DNA of 64,000 nucleotides from Squalus acanthias (Eukaryota), in the NCBI GenBank assembly GCA_030390025.1, contig CM059432.1, forward strand, positions 37,450,001-37,514,000, given 5' to 3'. The position numbers and the translations under genes were made by a program. Below, piece by piece: positions 32,222 to 44,000 of the stretch. How positions within the stretch are numbered: the first letter of the stretch is position 1; each line of letters starts with the position of its first letter. Below the pieces are notes generated by a model that did not search any database, was not told where the DNA came from, and was given only the letters and a program-made list of their open reading frames with translations.

Positions 32222-32272
32222 GCGCCAGCAGGGAGTGCCTTTGAGCAGCAATGCATTAAAACACCCAGCACT

Positions 32273-32645
32273 CCTCACCGCCCCCATGGAGGAGACGGTG
32301 CTGGCCATTATTGGGATGGCCATTGCTGAGGCTGTGGCCAGTGGCGGGGCTGAAACCTCGAAGATGACCATATCCTCATATCTAATCCTCCTTTTCACAT
32401 CCCACGTACCCCTCATCCCATACTCTCTTCTGATTTACAAGCTGCAGATGGTGTAAGCATGCATCTCTTACTTTCTCCCCCTCCCGCACCACAACCTTTC
32501 CCGTGTGCCTTTTTCCTTTCTGATACCCAAGAGGTGTAACTTGGCCAGGCAGTGGAGGGACAACAAGAAGTGAGTGATGATGAAAACACAGCACTGCCAC
32601 TTGATTTCACACTCGCAGCCAGCAGCTCAGATACTGACACTGTGC
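32273..32645 (+). mobile_element. Probable PIF/Harbinger Myb/SANT-like ORF remnant
   Basis: LTAPMEETVLAIIG motif resembles Harbinger DNA-binding ORF proteins (recognised by eye). Confidence 0.4.
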
Positions 32646-32646
32646 G

Positions 32647-35332
32647 TCCCTTGCTTTTTGTGCTATATATCAATGATTTAGACTTGAATGTAGGGGGTAT
32701 GATTAAGAAGTTTGCAGATGATTCAATTGGCCATGTGGTTGATAATGAAGAAGAAAGCTGCAGACTGCAGGAAGATATCAATGGACTGGTCAGGTGGGCA
32801 GAACAGTGGCAAATGGAAATCAATCTGGAGATGTGTGAGATAATGAATTTGGGGAGGGCTAACATGGCAAGGGCATACAGTATAAATGGTAGGACTCTGA
32901 GAAGTGCAGAGGATCAGAGGGACCTTGGAGTGCATGTCAACAGATCCCTGAAGGTAGCAGGTGTAAGGGTTTCTGACCGTCTCTCAGCCTGTGAGATTCG
33001 TGTGGCTCTGTGCAGCCTGTATGCTAGTGCGGGTTTAGGCCTTATTGCCTGTTCTGGTCTCCAGCCAGTCTGGGAGCACTAGACACACCTGTGAGTGGTT
33101 CGACCCACTCGCCCTTACGGTTCTAGACACTGGACTTAGATGCGAGAGCAGTAATGGAGATGAAACTCAGGTAGACTCGGTTGAATGGTACGAAATGGAA
33201 AATCTTTATTGCATAATACTTAAGATTACGATATACATGTCATAAGCACAGATTAATGACAGTACAATCTTGCACGCAGTTATGTAATTAATTTCAGGGA
33301 AACGAGGAACGAACGACACATCGTAAATGGGGGCACACATTACACTTATCCTTAATACTTGAAACCCTCCCCTATCAATATCTGTCCTAGCTAGATTCGT
33401 AGGATTCGAGACTCATGCTCACCACTCGTGATAACTCGGAGAATTCCGAAAACTCTGATCGGATGTTTTTCACCGCAGCACCCACGTGTCGATCAGGGGG
33501 TCTCCTGGCCCCACTTGTTTACTCGTTCTGCTCCGGCTAGCAGGCTGGAACGTCTGCTGTCATGAAGATCTGTGTTGGTTTTCAGAGTTCGGACAATACT
33601 CAAAAAAAAGAGTCTTCCTGTGCCCTCGCACGGGTGCGATAAAATTCAAAGAAGAGTCTTCCTGTGTCAGTTCTGTAAAGTTCGAAGAAGTCTTCCTGGC
33701 AAGGAAAATGTCTATTCGACCTACAGGCGCGGTCGGGGCTAACTGACCGTGGCGATAAGTATGGTCTTCTTCTCTTCTCATCTCATCTCATCTCATCTCA
33801 TCTCGGGCCTTCGGTTCCGACACCGTTTACCGACTTATCGGAATGGTGCGCCCGCTTCAAGGCTTCAGAGCCCAGTTCTACACAGGTCTTCGCGACACGA
33901 CACGAGGTAGATCCGAGCGGATCATAAAGTTCAACAGTCTTTTGAAAAGAGACACGAGGCAAGCAGGAACAAGACGGCGAGTCAAGAGCACAGGAGCAGC
34001 CACGAGGATGAACACCAGCAAGATAAGAGGATAAGAGAAAGATGGACGGTTTGGAGCTTGTAATTATAGTACAAAATCTTCCGTTTCCCGCCCAACCTTA
34101 ATGTCTTTCCTTTTGTTAGGGTTTGGCGCTCAAATGTCTTGTATAGGGTGATCTCCGTTTTTGATGGGTTTCGGGGCTACTCGTAAATGTCTGAGTACCT
34201 GTTAATATTTCTCCCATTGTTTAATCGGTCGGTGTTCTCCCTGGAGGGGTTTTGGGGCTTCCAAGTGTTTTCTGTAACTACCCGCTAACGGCTCTCTCAT
34301 CGTAGAGTCGTTGGGATTTTACATATTAATGTCTTTGGATGGGCTCTTGATTACTTGGTACAATAGCTTTTATTCGTACCTGGGAGACCGATTTCAGTAT
34401 TTATGTGTATACTGTAAACCCATGATGTCTCGTGTATTATCTTCAATGTGCTGAATCTTAATCGATCTTGCACAAATGTTTATTGGAACGCCATCTTGTC
34501 TGCCTGTCGAAAAGTCTAGAATGTTCCGCCACGAGGTGCGGCGGCCATTTTACAAGCTGCTTGTGTCCACTTTGAAACCTGACAGCATTCCGCTGAAATA
34601 AAAGCTGTTTGAACGAAACTCTGTGTTCTTCTCCTTATTAATAAAATCGCGATATATTGCGAATTCTACACAGGACAGGTATATAAGGTGGTTAAGAAGG
34701 CATACGGGATACTTGCCTTTATTAGCCGAGGCATAGAATATCAGAGCAGGGAGGTTAAGCTTGAACTGTATAAAACATTAGTTAGGCCGCAGCTAGAATA
34801 CTGCGTGCCGTTCTGGTCACCACATTACAGGAAGGATGTGATTGCACTAGAGGGTGTGCAGAGGAGATTTACAAGGATGTTGCCTGGGCTGGGGAATTTT
34901 AGCTATGAGGAAAGAGTGTATAGGCTGGGGTTGTTCTCTTTGGAACAGAGGAGGCTGAGGGGAGACCTAATTGAGGTAATAAAATTATGAGGGGCCGAGA
35001 TAGAGTGGATAGGAAAGCCTATTTCCCTTCGCAGAACAGTCAATAACCAGGGGCATAGATTTAAAGTAATTGGTCAGACGTTGAGGGGATTTGAGGAGAA
35101 ATGTTTTCACCCAGAGGGTGGTGGGGGTCTGGAACTCACTGCCTGAAAGGGTGGTAGAGGCAGAGGCCCTCATCACATTTAAAAAGTACTTGGGTATGCA
35201 CTTGAAGTGCCATAACCTACAAGGCTATGGACCAAGTGTTGGAAAGTGGGATTAAGGTGGATAGCTCTTTGTCGGCCGGCACAGACAAGATGGACAGAAT
35301 GGCCTCCTTCTGTGCAGTAAATTTCTATGATC
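32647..35332 (+). mobile_element. CR1 LINE 3' fragment split by solo LTR
   Basis: PLLFVLYINDL...KFADD...LVRPQLEYC; 3' UTR and tail. Confidence 0.9.
32962..34670 (-). mobile_element. Solo LTR (family B-related, 1709 bp)
   Basis: TGTAAGGG...GAATTCTACA on plus; TSD CAGG. Confidence 0.95.
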
Positions 35333-35511
35333 TGTTCTGATGCACCTTCCATATAAATGCTTCCATAATGTCTTCCTTTTTCCTCAACTGAGGATTCCCC
35401 TCCTCTGTGGTTGGCAGGGCCCTTGACCGTGTCCGTCCCATTTCCCGCACTTCTGCTCTCACCATTTCCCTTCCCTCCCAGAATCACGACAGGGTTCCCC
35501 TGAGAGTCATA

Positions 35512-36404
35512 GGGGGAAAAATTAGGCTGCGCCCCATTTGGGGCGCAAATATCGTCTGGACGCAAATATTAGCGCCTGGCGCTAATTATCGGCACTGACT
35601 GGAAACTTCACTTTTACCGCCCCGGGAGGTGAGTGGAGCGCTAAAGCAGGCGCTGCACACCTGTCTTAAGGCGCAAAGGCCAAGGAGTGAGGCGCTAACT
35701 CAGAGCGCTGGCGAAGCTCATGTAATGTCAGTCAGCAATGGAACACACACACAATGGCACGGGCCAGTTCTTAAAGGGGATGGTTAATCTTGCTTTCCAT
35801 CCACATCCTGTTCATTGCAGCCTTGAATCTCGGCCTGGAGAGACCTGCACATCAAATGTGCTGGAAAGAACAATGGAGAGTACCAGGCAAAGAGCTCAGA
35901 GTGCAGCTCCCACAGTCTCTGCTAAATTGATACAAGGAATGGCAAATCAAAATGAACCTGCAAAGTGCTGCTCAGTACCCAAAACTCCTTCACACAACGT
36001 TGAATCTCTCCAGAAGTCTCTCCCTCTCTCTCTCAGAATGCGTAGTTCAAAAATGCCACCAACAATAAAAGACAGGAAGAGGCCCCCTTTAAATAGCGCC
36101 CCCCCCAGCCCCACAGCGATTGATAGCGTTCCAGTCTTCTGGTCGTTGGATGCGCCAGGCAGTAAGGCAGGGGGCGCCACTCAATTTCCGCTCCGGGGCG
36201 CCACAAGGGCGTTGCACCATGGAATGACGTCACAATCTGCGTGCGCAGGTGGTCGCAGCGGTAAAGTTTAGCGCCGCCGCACAATCTCTAGTTAAGTTCC
36301 CGAGCGGCGCAAACATCGCTGCGCCCGGGTGTTAGCGGCTTTGCGCCCCATTAGCGCCCTCTTATGGCGCTAACGGGAGGCGCAACCAACTGAATTTTTA
36401 CCCC
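35512..36404. mobile_element. Non-autonomous TIR element (MITE, Harbinger-like)
   Basis: GGGGGAAAAATT...AATTTTTACCCC, 3-bp TSD ATA. Confidence 0.75.
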
Positions 36405-37242
36405 ATAGAGTCATACAGCACAGAAAGAGGCCCTTCGGCCCATCGTGTCCACGCCGGCTATCAAGCCCTGTCTATTCTAATCCCATTTTCCAGCACTTGG
36501 TCCGTAGTCTTGTATGCTATGGCGTGTAAAGTGCTCATCTGAATACTTCTTGAATGTTGTGAGGGTTCCTGCCTCTACCATTCTTTCAGGCAGTGAGTTC
36601 CAGATTCCAACCACCTTCTGGGTGAAAAAGTTTTTCCTCAAATCCCCTCTAAACCTCCTGCCCCTTACCTTGAAACTATGCCCCCTGGTTATTGACCCCT
36701 CTACTAAGGGGAAAAGTTCCTTTCTATCTACCCTATCTGTGCCCCTCATAATTTTGTACACCTCAATCAGGTCCCCCCTCAGCCTTCTCTGCTCTAAGGA
36801 AAACAACCCCAGCCTGTCCAGTCTCTCTTCATAGCTGAAGCGCTCCAACCCAGGTAACATCCTGGTGAATCTCCTCTGCACCCTCTCCAATGCAATCACA
36901 TCCCTCCTATAGTGTGGCGACCAGAACTGCACACAGTATTCCAGCTGTGGCCTAACTAGCGTTTTGTACAGCTCCATCATAACCTCCCCGCTCTTATATT
37001 CTATGCCTCGGCTAATGAAGGCAAGTATCCCATATGACTTTTTAACCACCTTATCAACCTGTCCTGTTGCCTTCAGGGATCTATGTACATGCACACCAAG
37101 GTCCCTCTGATCCTCTGTCCTTCCTAGTGTAGGGGGTGGTGGTTTGTGTCAGCTTTATCTCTGACTTCCGAGCGGTTCGAATCGCTCCCACTCCCTTGGT
37201 TCTAGACCTTGGACTTATTTGGGGGTTGTGATACAAAGGTGC

Positions 37243-37586
37243 TGATGATGCGGAGATGCCTGTGTTGGACTGGGGTGGACACAAATGAGAAGTCGCACAA
37301 CACCAGGTTATAGTCCAACAGTTTTATTTAAAATTACGAGCTTCCGGAGCTCCGCTCCTTCTTCAGGTAAAGGTACAGTGAGTGAATCTATTACACAGTA
37401 TATATACACAGAGGACAATTTGTCTGCAGAGATACATTCGGAATCTTGTCTGCTTTCTTGCATCTCTGTAGATACTTGATGTCTGTGTCAATATGCGTGA
37501 TCTTCTTGGAGATTCTCTCCACTTTGAGCCGGCAGTTTGTGGTGTCAATAGTGGTCATGATGCGGAGATGCCGGTGTTGGACTGGG
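37243..37586 (-). mobile_element. Penelope-like fragment
   Basis: Direct repeat TGCGGAGATGCC.GTGTTGGACTGGGG at both ends; flanking duplication GATACAAAGGTGC; ORF DIKYLQRCKKADKIP. Confidence 0.6.
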
Positions 37587-37932
37587 GATACAAAGGTGCA
37601 GCAGACAACTGAGTTTGATGAAAGAACTTCGATCTTTATTAAAAGGTAAAACACAAATGACAACACTCTTAACACTCAAAGTGGGGAACACTTTGGTACA
37701 AGCGAGGGAAATAACATTAGGAGAATACTTCACCCCTCCCAATCCCACTTCACTAGCTAGGTTGGACTCTGGAGAACCAGGGATAATGCTCACCAAACGA
37801 ATCCTTGACAGTTGAGAGTTAGGGTTTAGAGTCTTTTGAGTAAAAGGTTTCGTAAGGCCCTTGTTGCCGCGAGGTGTCTGATGGTGACTGGAACTGTTGC
37901 TCTGGTTTCTCCTTGCGTGTCGGCCTGCTTAT

Positions 37933-39617
37933 TGTAAGGGTTTGTGTGCGTGTCTCTCCGCCTGTGAGATTCGCGTGGCTCTGTGCAGCCTGTATGTCAG
38001 TGCGGGTTTAGGCCTTGTTGCCTGTTCTGGTCTCCAGCCAGTCTGGGAACACTAGACACACCTGTGAGTGGTTCGAATCACTCGCCCTTACGGTTCTAGA
38101 CACTGGACTTAGATGCGAGAGCAGTAATGGAGATGAAACTCATGTAGACTCGGTTGAATGGTACGAAATGGAAAATCTTTATTGCATAATATTCAAGATT
38201 ACGAAATACATGTCATAAGCACAGATTAATGACAGTACAATCTTACACGCAGTTATGTAACTAATTCTAGGGAAACGAGGAACGAACGACACACCGTAAA
38301 TGGGGGCACACATTACAATTATCCTTAGTACTTAAACCCTCCCCTATCAATATCTGTCCTAGCTAGATTCGTAGGATTCGAGACTTATGCTCACCACTCG
38401 TGATAACTCGGAGAAATTCCGAATAGCTGATCGGATGTTTTCCACCGCAGCACCCACGTGTCGATCAGGGGGTCTCCTGGCCCCACTTGTTTACTCGTTT
38501 CTGCTCCGGCTAGCAGGCTGGGACGTCTGCTGTCATGGAGATCTGTGTTGGTTGGTTTCACGTACCAGTCAATACTTAAGAGAATAATCTCTCGGTGTCC
38601 GTCATGAGGATCTGCCCTGATGGGTTTCACAGATCAGTCAATATCTCAAAGAAGAATCTTCCAGGGTCCGTTCTTTAAAGTTCAAAGAAGTCTTCCTGGC
38701 AAGGAGAAATGTCTATTCGACCTACAGGCGCGGTCGGGGCTTACTGACCGTGGCGATAGGTATGGTCTTCGTCTCTTCTCATCTCATCTCATCTCTTCTC
38801 GGGCCTTTGGTTCCGATGCCGGTTACCAACACAGGTCTTCGTGACACGACACGAGGTAGATCCGAACGGATCACAAAGTTCAACAGTCTTTTAAAAGAGA
38901 CACCAGGCAAACAGGAACAAGACGGCGAGTCAAGAACACAGGAGCAGCCACGAGGATGAACACCAGCAAGATAAGAGGATAAGAGAAAGATGGATGGTTT
39001 GGGGCTTGCAATTATAGTGCAAAATCTTCCGTTTCCCGCCCAACCTTAATGTCTTTTCTTTTGTTTGGGTTTGGCGCTCAAATGTCTTGTATAGGTGATC
39101 TCCGTTTTTAATGGGTTTCGGGGCTACTCGTAAATGTCTGAGTACCTGTTAATATTTCTCCCATTGTTTAATCGGTTGGTGTTCTCCCTGGAGGGGTTTT
39201 GGGGCCTCCAAGTGTTTTCTGTAACTACCCGCTAACGGCTCTCTCATCGTAGAGTCGTTGGGATTTTACATATTAATGTCTTTGGATGGGCCCTTGATTA
39301 CTTGGTACAATAGCCTTTATTCGTACCCGGGAGACCGATTTCAGTATCTATGTGTATACTGCAAACCCATGATGTCTCGTGTATTATCTTCAATGTGCTG
39401 AATCTTAATCGGTCTTGTACAAATGTTTATTGGAACGCCATCTTGTCTGCCTGTCGAAAAGTCCAGAATGTTCCGCCACGAGGTGCGGCGGCCATTTTAC
39501 AAGCTGCCTGTGTCCACTTTGAAACCTGACAGCATTCTGCTGAAATAAAAGCTGTTTGAACGAAACTATGTGTTTTCTCCTTATTTAATAAAATCGCGAT
39601 ATATTGCGAATTCTACA
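37933..39617 (-). mobile_element. Solo LTR (family B-related, 1685 bp)
   Basis: TGTAAGGG...GAATTCTACA on plus; TSD TTAT. Confidence 0.95.
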
Positions 39618-40354
39618 TTATGGAGCTGTTGGCCTTCTTTGTTGAACTGCTTTCTGTTGAACTCTGCCTCTGTTTAAACTGCCGTCTTGCAGAACTGTAA
39701 CTGTTGTGCTGGAGAACTGGAGAACTCCCTTCTTACTGAACTGTCTTTAACTGCACAACTTGCTTCTCCTGAACTCTAACTCCAGCACTGACTTCTGCTG
39801 AAAACAGGCTTTCAATTGAACTCGAAACTGCAGAACTGCCTTCTGTTGAACTTGAACTGTTGTTACTGCTGAACTGGCTTCTTGAGAAAACAGCCTTTCA
39901 ATTTGAGGCCTCGTTAACAGTAACGACTTTACTAGCGTGTTAACTGGTTTGTAAATGTGTGAAGTGGTTTCAGGATAGCTCCATCCTGTCGATCTGTTGT
40001 TTAATCGGAGTTTGAATTGTCCTCATGTTTTGGGTTTCTTGACTGGGCCTGGGACTTCTATAGAATATTTGCTTTATGCATGTCGTTAATGGGCCCTGTA
40101 ATCGGTTTGATGGGACCTGTTGTTTTGGGTGGGACTGTCTCCTCCTAGGGTCTATTGTCAAAATGTTAATGCTTGCTGGGGCTTTGAGTGAGGTCATCCC
40201 GGTTCCCCAGACAGTGCAATTAACTGCAATACCCAAAACTGCTTTTACAGAGGTTGATCACACCTTTTGTTCCTTTACAGGCCCAGACATAGTTTTAAAA
40301 TGCCAAAACTTGGTTTTTGGTCTTACAGTCTCTTAGGTTAGGCTCAAATACATT

Positions 40355-41084
40355 GGGCCAAAAATTCATCCCGCGACGCGGTGCGTACTCTCGCGTATTC
40401 TCTCTCCAATTGCTGGTTTTCTGCATGCCCTGCGCATGCGCTGAAAACCGGCACTTGGTCTTTTGAAAAGGGGGCGGTTCCTCGGTGCATCACGTGCGCG
40501 CTACAGGCTGCGCGCACGCTGTGCACTTCATGCTTTGGACGCGCAGGTAAGTACGGAAGATTTTAGAAATGGAAAAAGGAGGAGTAAGACCCACTTTTAA
40601 CAAGGTAAGTAGTGAATTAAGTATTTTTTTGAATTTTTTTTAACAGGTATATCTTTTTTAGAGACTTTAAAGACAGGTAAGTTTATTTTTATAACTTTTT
40701 AAAAGATTAAATTTTTTCAAAAATTTAATTTTTTATTTAAAATGGTTAATTTATTTAACTATACTTATTTTATTAATGTGATGGTTTTTTAAAAATTTAA
40801 TTGAGGTTTAGCTGTTATTTTGGGGGGGTGTAAGATTCATAGATTTCACAGCACGTATGTGAAACTTATGAATGGAAGATGGTGTGCTGCCATTGGCTCT
40901 AACTGAGTCACGTGATCCCACAGCTCGCACGAATTCACTACGCCGGTGGGATACGCAAGCACTGCCCAGCTGATGTCTGGAACATCAAGTTCGTGCGAGC
41001 TGGATCTGAAAAAGCACAAGCGGAGTGAGAGATCGCGGGGAAGCCTTACCCCCGCGGGAACAGAGCGAGATCAATTTCTGGGCC
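40355..41084. mobile_element. MITE related to 55212-55929
   Basis: GGCCAAAAATT...AATTTCTGGGCC; shared internal motifs AAACCGGCACTT and CACGTGATCCCA. Confidence 0.7.
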
Positions 41085-44000
41085 AATATTATCACTCTGA
41101 GGTAGTTCCAAAGTCCTTTTTTCTTAGGTTTTGGGGATCTGTAAATTTTGGAAACCTTACACTAGGGTCCTACCATTCATTGTGTATTCCCTTGCCTTGT
41201 TATTCCTCCCAAAATGCATCACCTCACACTTTTCAGGGTTAAATTCCATTTGCCACTGTTCTGCCCATCTAACCAACCCATCTATATCGTCCTGTAGCCT
41301 GAGGCTTCCCTCCTCACTATTTACCACTCCACCAATTTTTGTGTCATCTGCGAACTTACTGATCATACCTCCAACATTCATATCTAAATCATTAATGTAC
41401 ACTACAAACAGCAAAGGACCCAGCACCGATCCCTGCGGTACACCACTGGACACAGGCTTCCAGTCACAAAAACAACCTTCGGCCATCACCCTCTGCCTCC
41501 TGCCACTAAGCCAATTTTGGATCCAATGTGCCAAATTGCCCTGGATCCCATGGGCTCTTACCTTCTTGACCAGTCTCCCATGTGGGACTTTGTCAAAAGC
41601 CTTACTGAAGTCCATGTAGACTACATCAACTGCACTACTCTCATCCACACACTTAGTCACTCCCTCGCAAAATTCAATCAAATTGGTCAGACATGATCTC
41701 CCCGACAAAGCCATGCTGACTATCCTTGATTAATCCTTGCCTCTCCAAGTGGAGACTAGTTCTGTCTCTCAGAATTTTTTCCAATAATTTCCCTACCACA
41801 GATGTTCGGCTCACTGGCCTGTAATTCCTGGTTTATCCCTACTACCCTTCTTGAATAATGGTGCTACGATAGCTGTTTTCCAGTCCTCTGGCACTTCCCC
41901 TGTGGCCAGAGAGGTTCTGAAAATTTGTGTCAGAGCCCTGCAATCTCCTCCCTTGCCTCACACAGCAGCCTGGGATACATCTCGTCAGGGCCTGGGGATT
42001 TATCCACTTTTAAGCCCGCTAAAACCGCTAGTACATCCTCCCTCTCAATATTAATTTGTTCAAGTATATCACTATCCCCCTGCCTGATTTCTATGCCTGC
42101 ATCGTCCTTCTCCATAGTGAACACAGATGCAAAATATTCATTTAAAGCCTCACCTACATCTTCCGGCTCTACACACAGATTGCCACTTTGGTCCCTAATG
42201 GTCTACTCTTTCCCTGGTTATCCTCTTGCCCTTAATATACTTATAAAACAGCTTGGGATTTTTCTTTATTTTGCCCGCCAGTGTTTTTTCATGCCCCCTC
42301 TTCGCTCTCCTGATTTTTTTATTTTTTTAAGTACCCCCCTGCACTTTCTATACTCCTCTAGGGCTTCCACTGTTTTTAGTCTTTTGTATCTGCCAAAAGC
42401 CTCCATTTTTTTCCTAATCCATTCTTGTATATCCCTTAACATCCAGGGTTCCCTGGGTTTGTTGGTCCCACCCTTGACCTTTATGGCAACATGTTGGCGT
42501 TGTACTCTCTCTATTTCCTTTCTGAAAGACTCCCACTGCTCTGATGTGGATTTTCCTACAAGTAGCTGATCCCAGTCCACTTTGGCCAGATCCTGCCTTA
42601 TCATATTAAAATCGGCCTTCCCCCAATTTAGAACCTTTATTTCCGGTCCATCTTTGTCCTTTTCTATGACTACCTTAAATCTCACCAAATTATGGTCACT
42701 GTCACCAAAATGCTCTCCTACTGACACTTCTGCCACTTGCCCGGCTACATTCCCTAGAATTAGGTCCAGTACCGCCCCCTCTCTTGTAGGACTTTCTACA
42801 TGCTGGCTCAAAAAAAGCTTTCCTGGATGCACTTTAAGAATTCCGCACCCTCTAAGCCTTTCACACTCTGACTATCCCAGTTAATATTGGGGAAGTTGAA
42901 ATCCCCTATTATTACCCTATTATTTCTACACTTCTCTGAGATTTGCCTACATATCTGTTCCTCTATCTCCCCCTGACTGTTTGGGGGCCTATAGTACACT
43001 CCCAGCAAAGTGCTTGCCCCCTTTTTGTTTTTAAGTTCTACCCATATGGCCTCATTAGAGGAACCTGCTAAGATATCATCCCTCCTTACAGCAGTAATTG
43101 ACTCCTTGATTAATATTGTGACACCCCCTCCTCCTTTACACCCCCCTCTGTCTCGCCTGAAGATTCTATACCCGGAATATTGAGCTGCCAGTCCTGCCCC
43201 TCCCTCAACCATGTCTCTGTGATAGCAACAATATCATACTCCCATGTGTTCATCAACACCTTCAATTCATCTGCCTTACTCGCAAGACTCCTTGCATTAA
43301 AATAAATGCCATTCAGCCTTGCCATACTCCCTTGTGCCATTACATATTTGCTCTGCCTTCCAGGCTGACTTGTTTTTTCCTCTATATTTGGCTGTGCATC
43401 ACCCCCTACTATAGCTCCACTCCGTATCCCATCCCCTTGCCAAGTTAGTTTAAACCCCCCTCAACAGTACTAGCAAACCTCCCCACAAGATGTTGGTCCT
43501 GTTCCGGTTCAGGTGCAACCCGTCCGACTTGTACAGGTCCCACCTTCCCCAGAAGCAGACCCAGTGATCCAGGAAACTAAAGCCCTCCCTCCTGCACCAA
43601 CTCTTTAGCCATGCATTCATCTGCTCTATCTCCTATTCCTATACTCACTAGCACGTGGCACCGGGAGTAATCCAGAGATTACAACCTTTGAGGTTCTGCT
43701 TTTTAATCTGCTACCTAGCTCCCTAAATTCTTGTTGCAGGACCTCATCCCTCTTTCTACCCATGTCGTTGGTTCCAATGTGAACCTCTGACTGTTCGCCC
43801 TCCCCCTTCAGAATGCCCTGCAGCCGTTCAGTGACATCCTTGACCCTGGCACCAGGGAGGCAACATACCATCCTGGAGTCACGTCTGCGGCCACAGAAAC
43901 GTCTGTTCCCCTTACGATAGATTCCCCTGTCACTATTGTTCTCCCACTCTTTTTCCTCCCCTCCTGTGCAGCTGAGCCACTCGTAGTGCCACGGACTTGG

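Larger units (their letters stand above)
1396..32272. repeat. Tandem tRNA gene array, ~1240-bp unit (Ala/Met/Arg/Tyr-pseudo), ~11 units, interrupted by LTR insertions
   Basis: Sequence and ORF track recur at 1231-1241 bp offsets; last unit has an internal deletion at 32221. Confidence 0.97.
37128..41161 (-). mobile_element. Solo LTR (family C) with three nested insertions
   Basis: TGTAGGG...CCTTACA, TSD CTAG; empty site CTTCCTAGGGTCC visible in the CR1 copy near 63611; orientation tentative. Confidence 0.82.

Noticed and set aside
1396..32272. CRISPR-like or satellite interpretation of the periodicity
   Set aside because: 1.24-kb near-identical units with tRNA genes, no unique spacers, eukaryotic context
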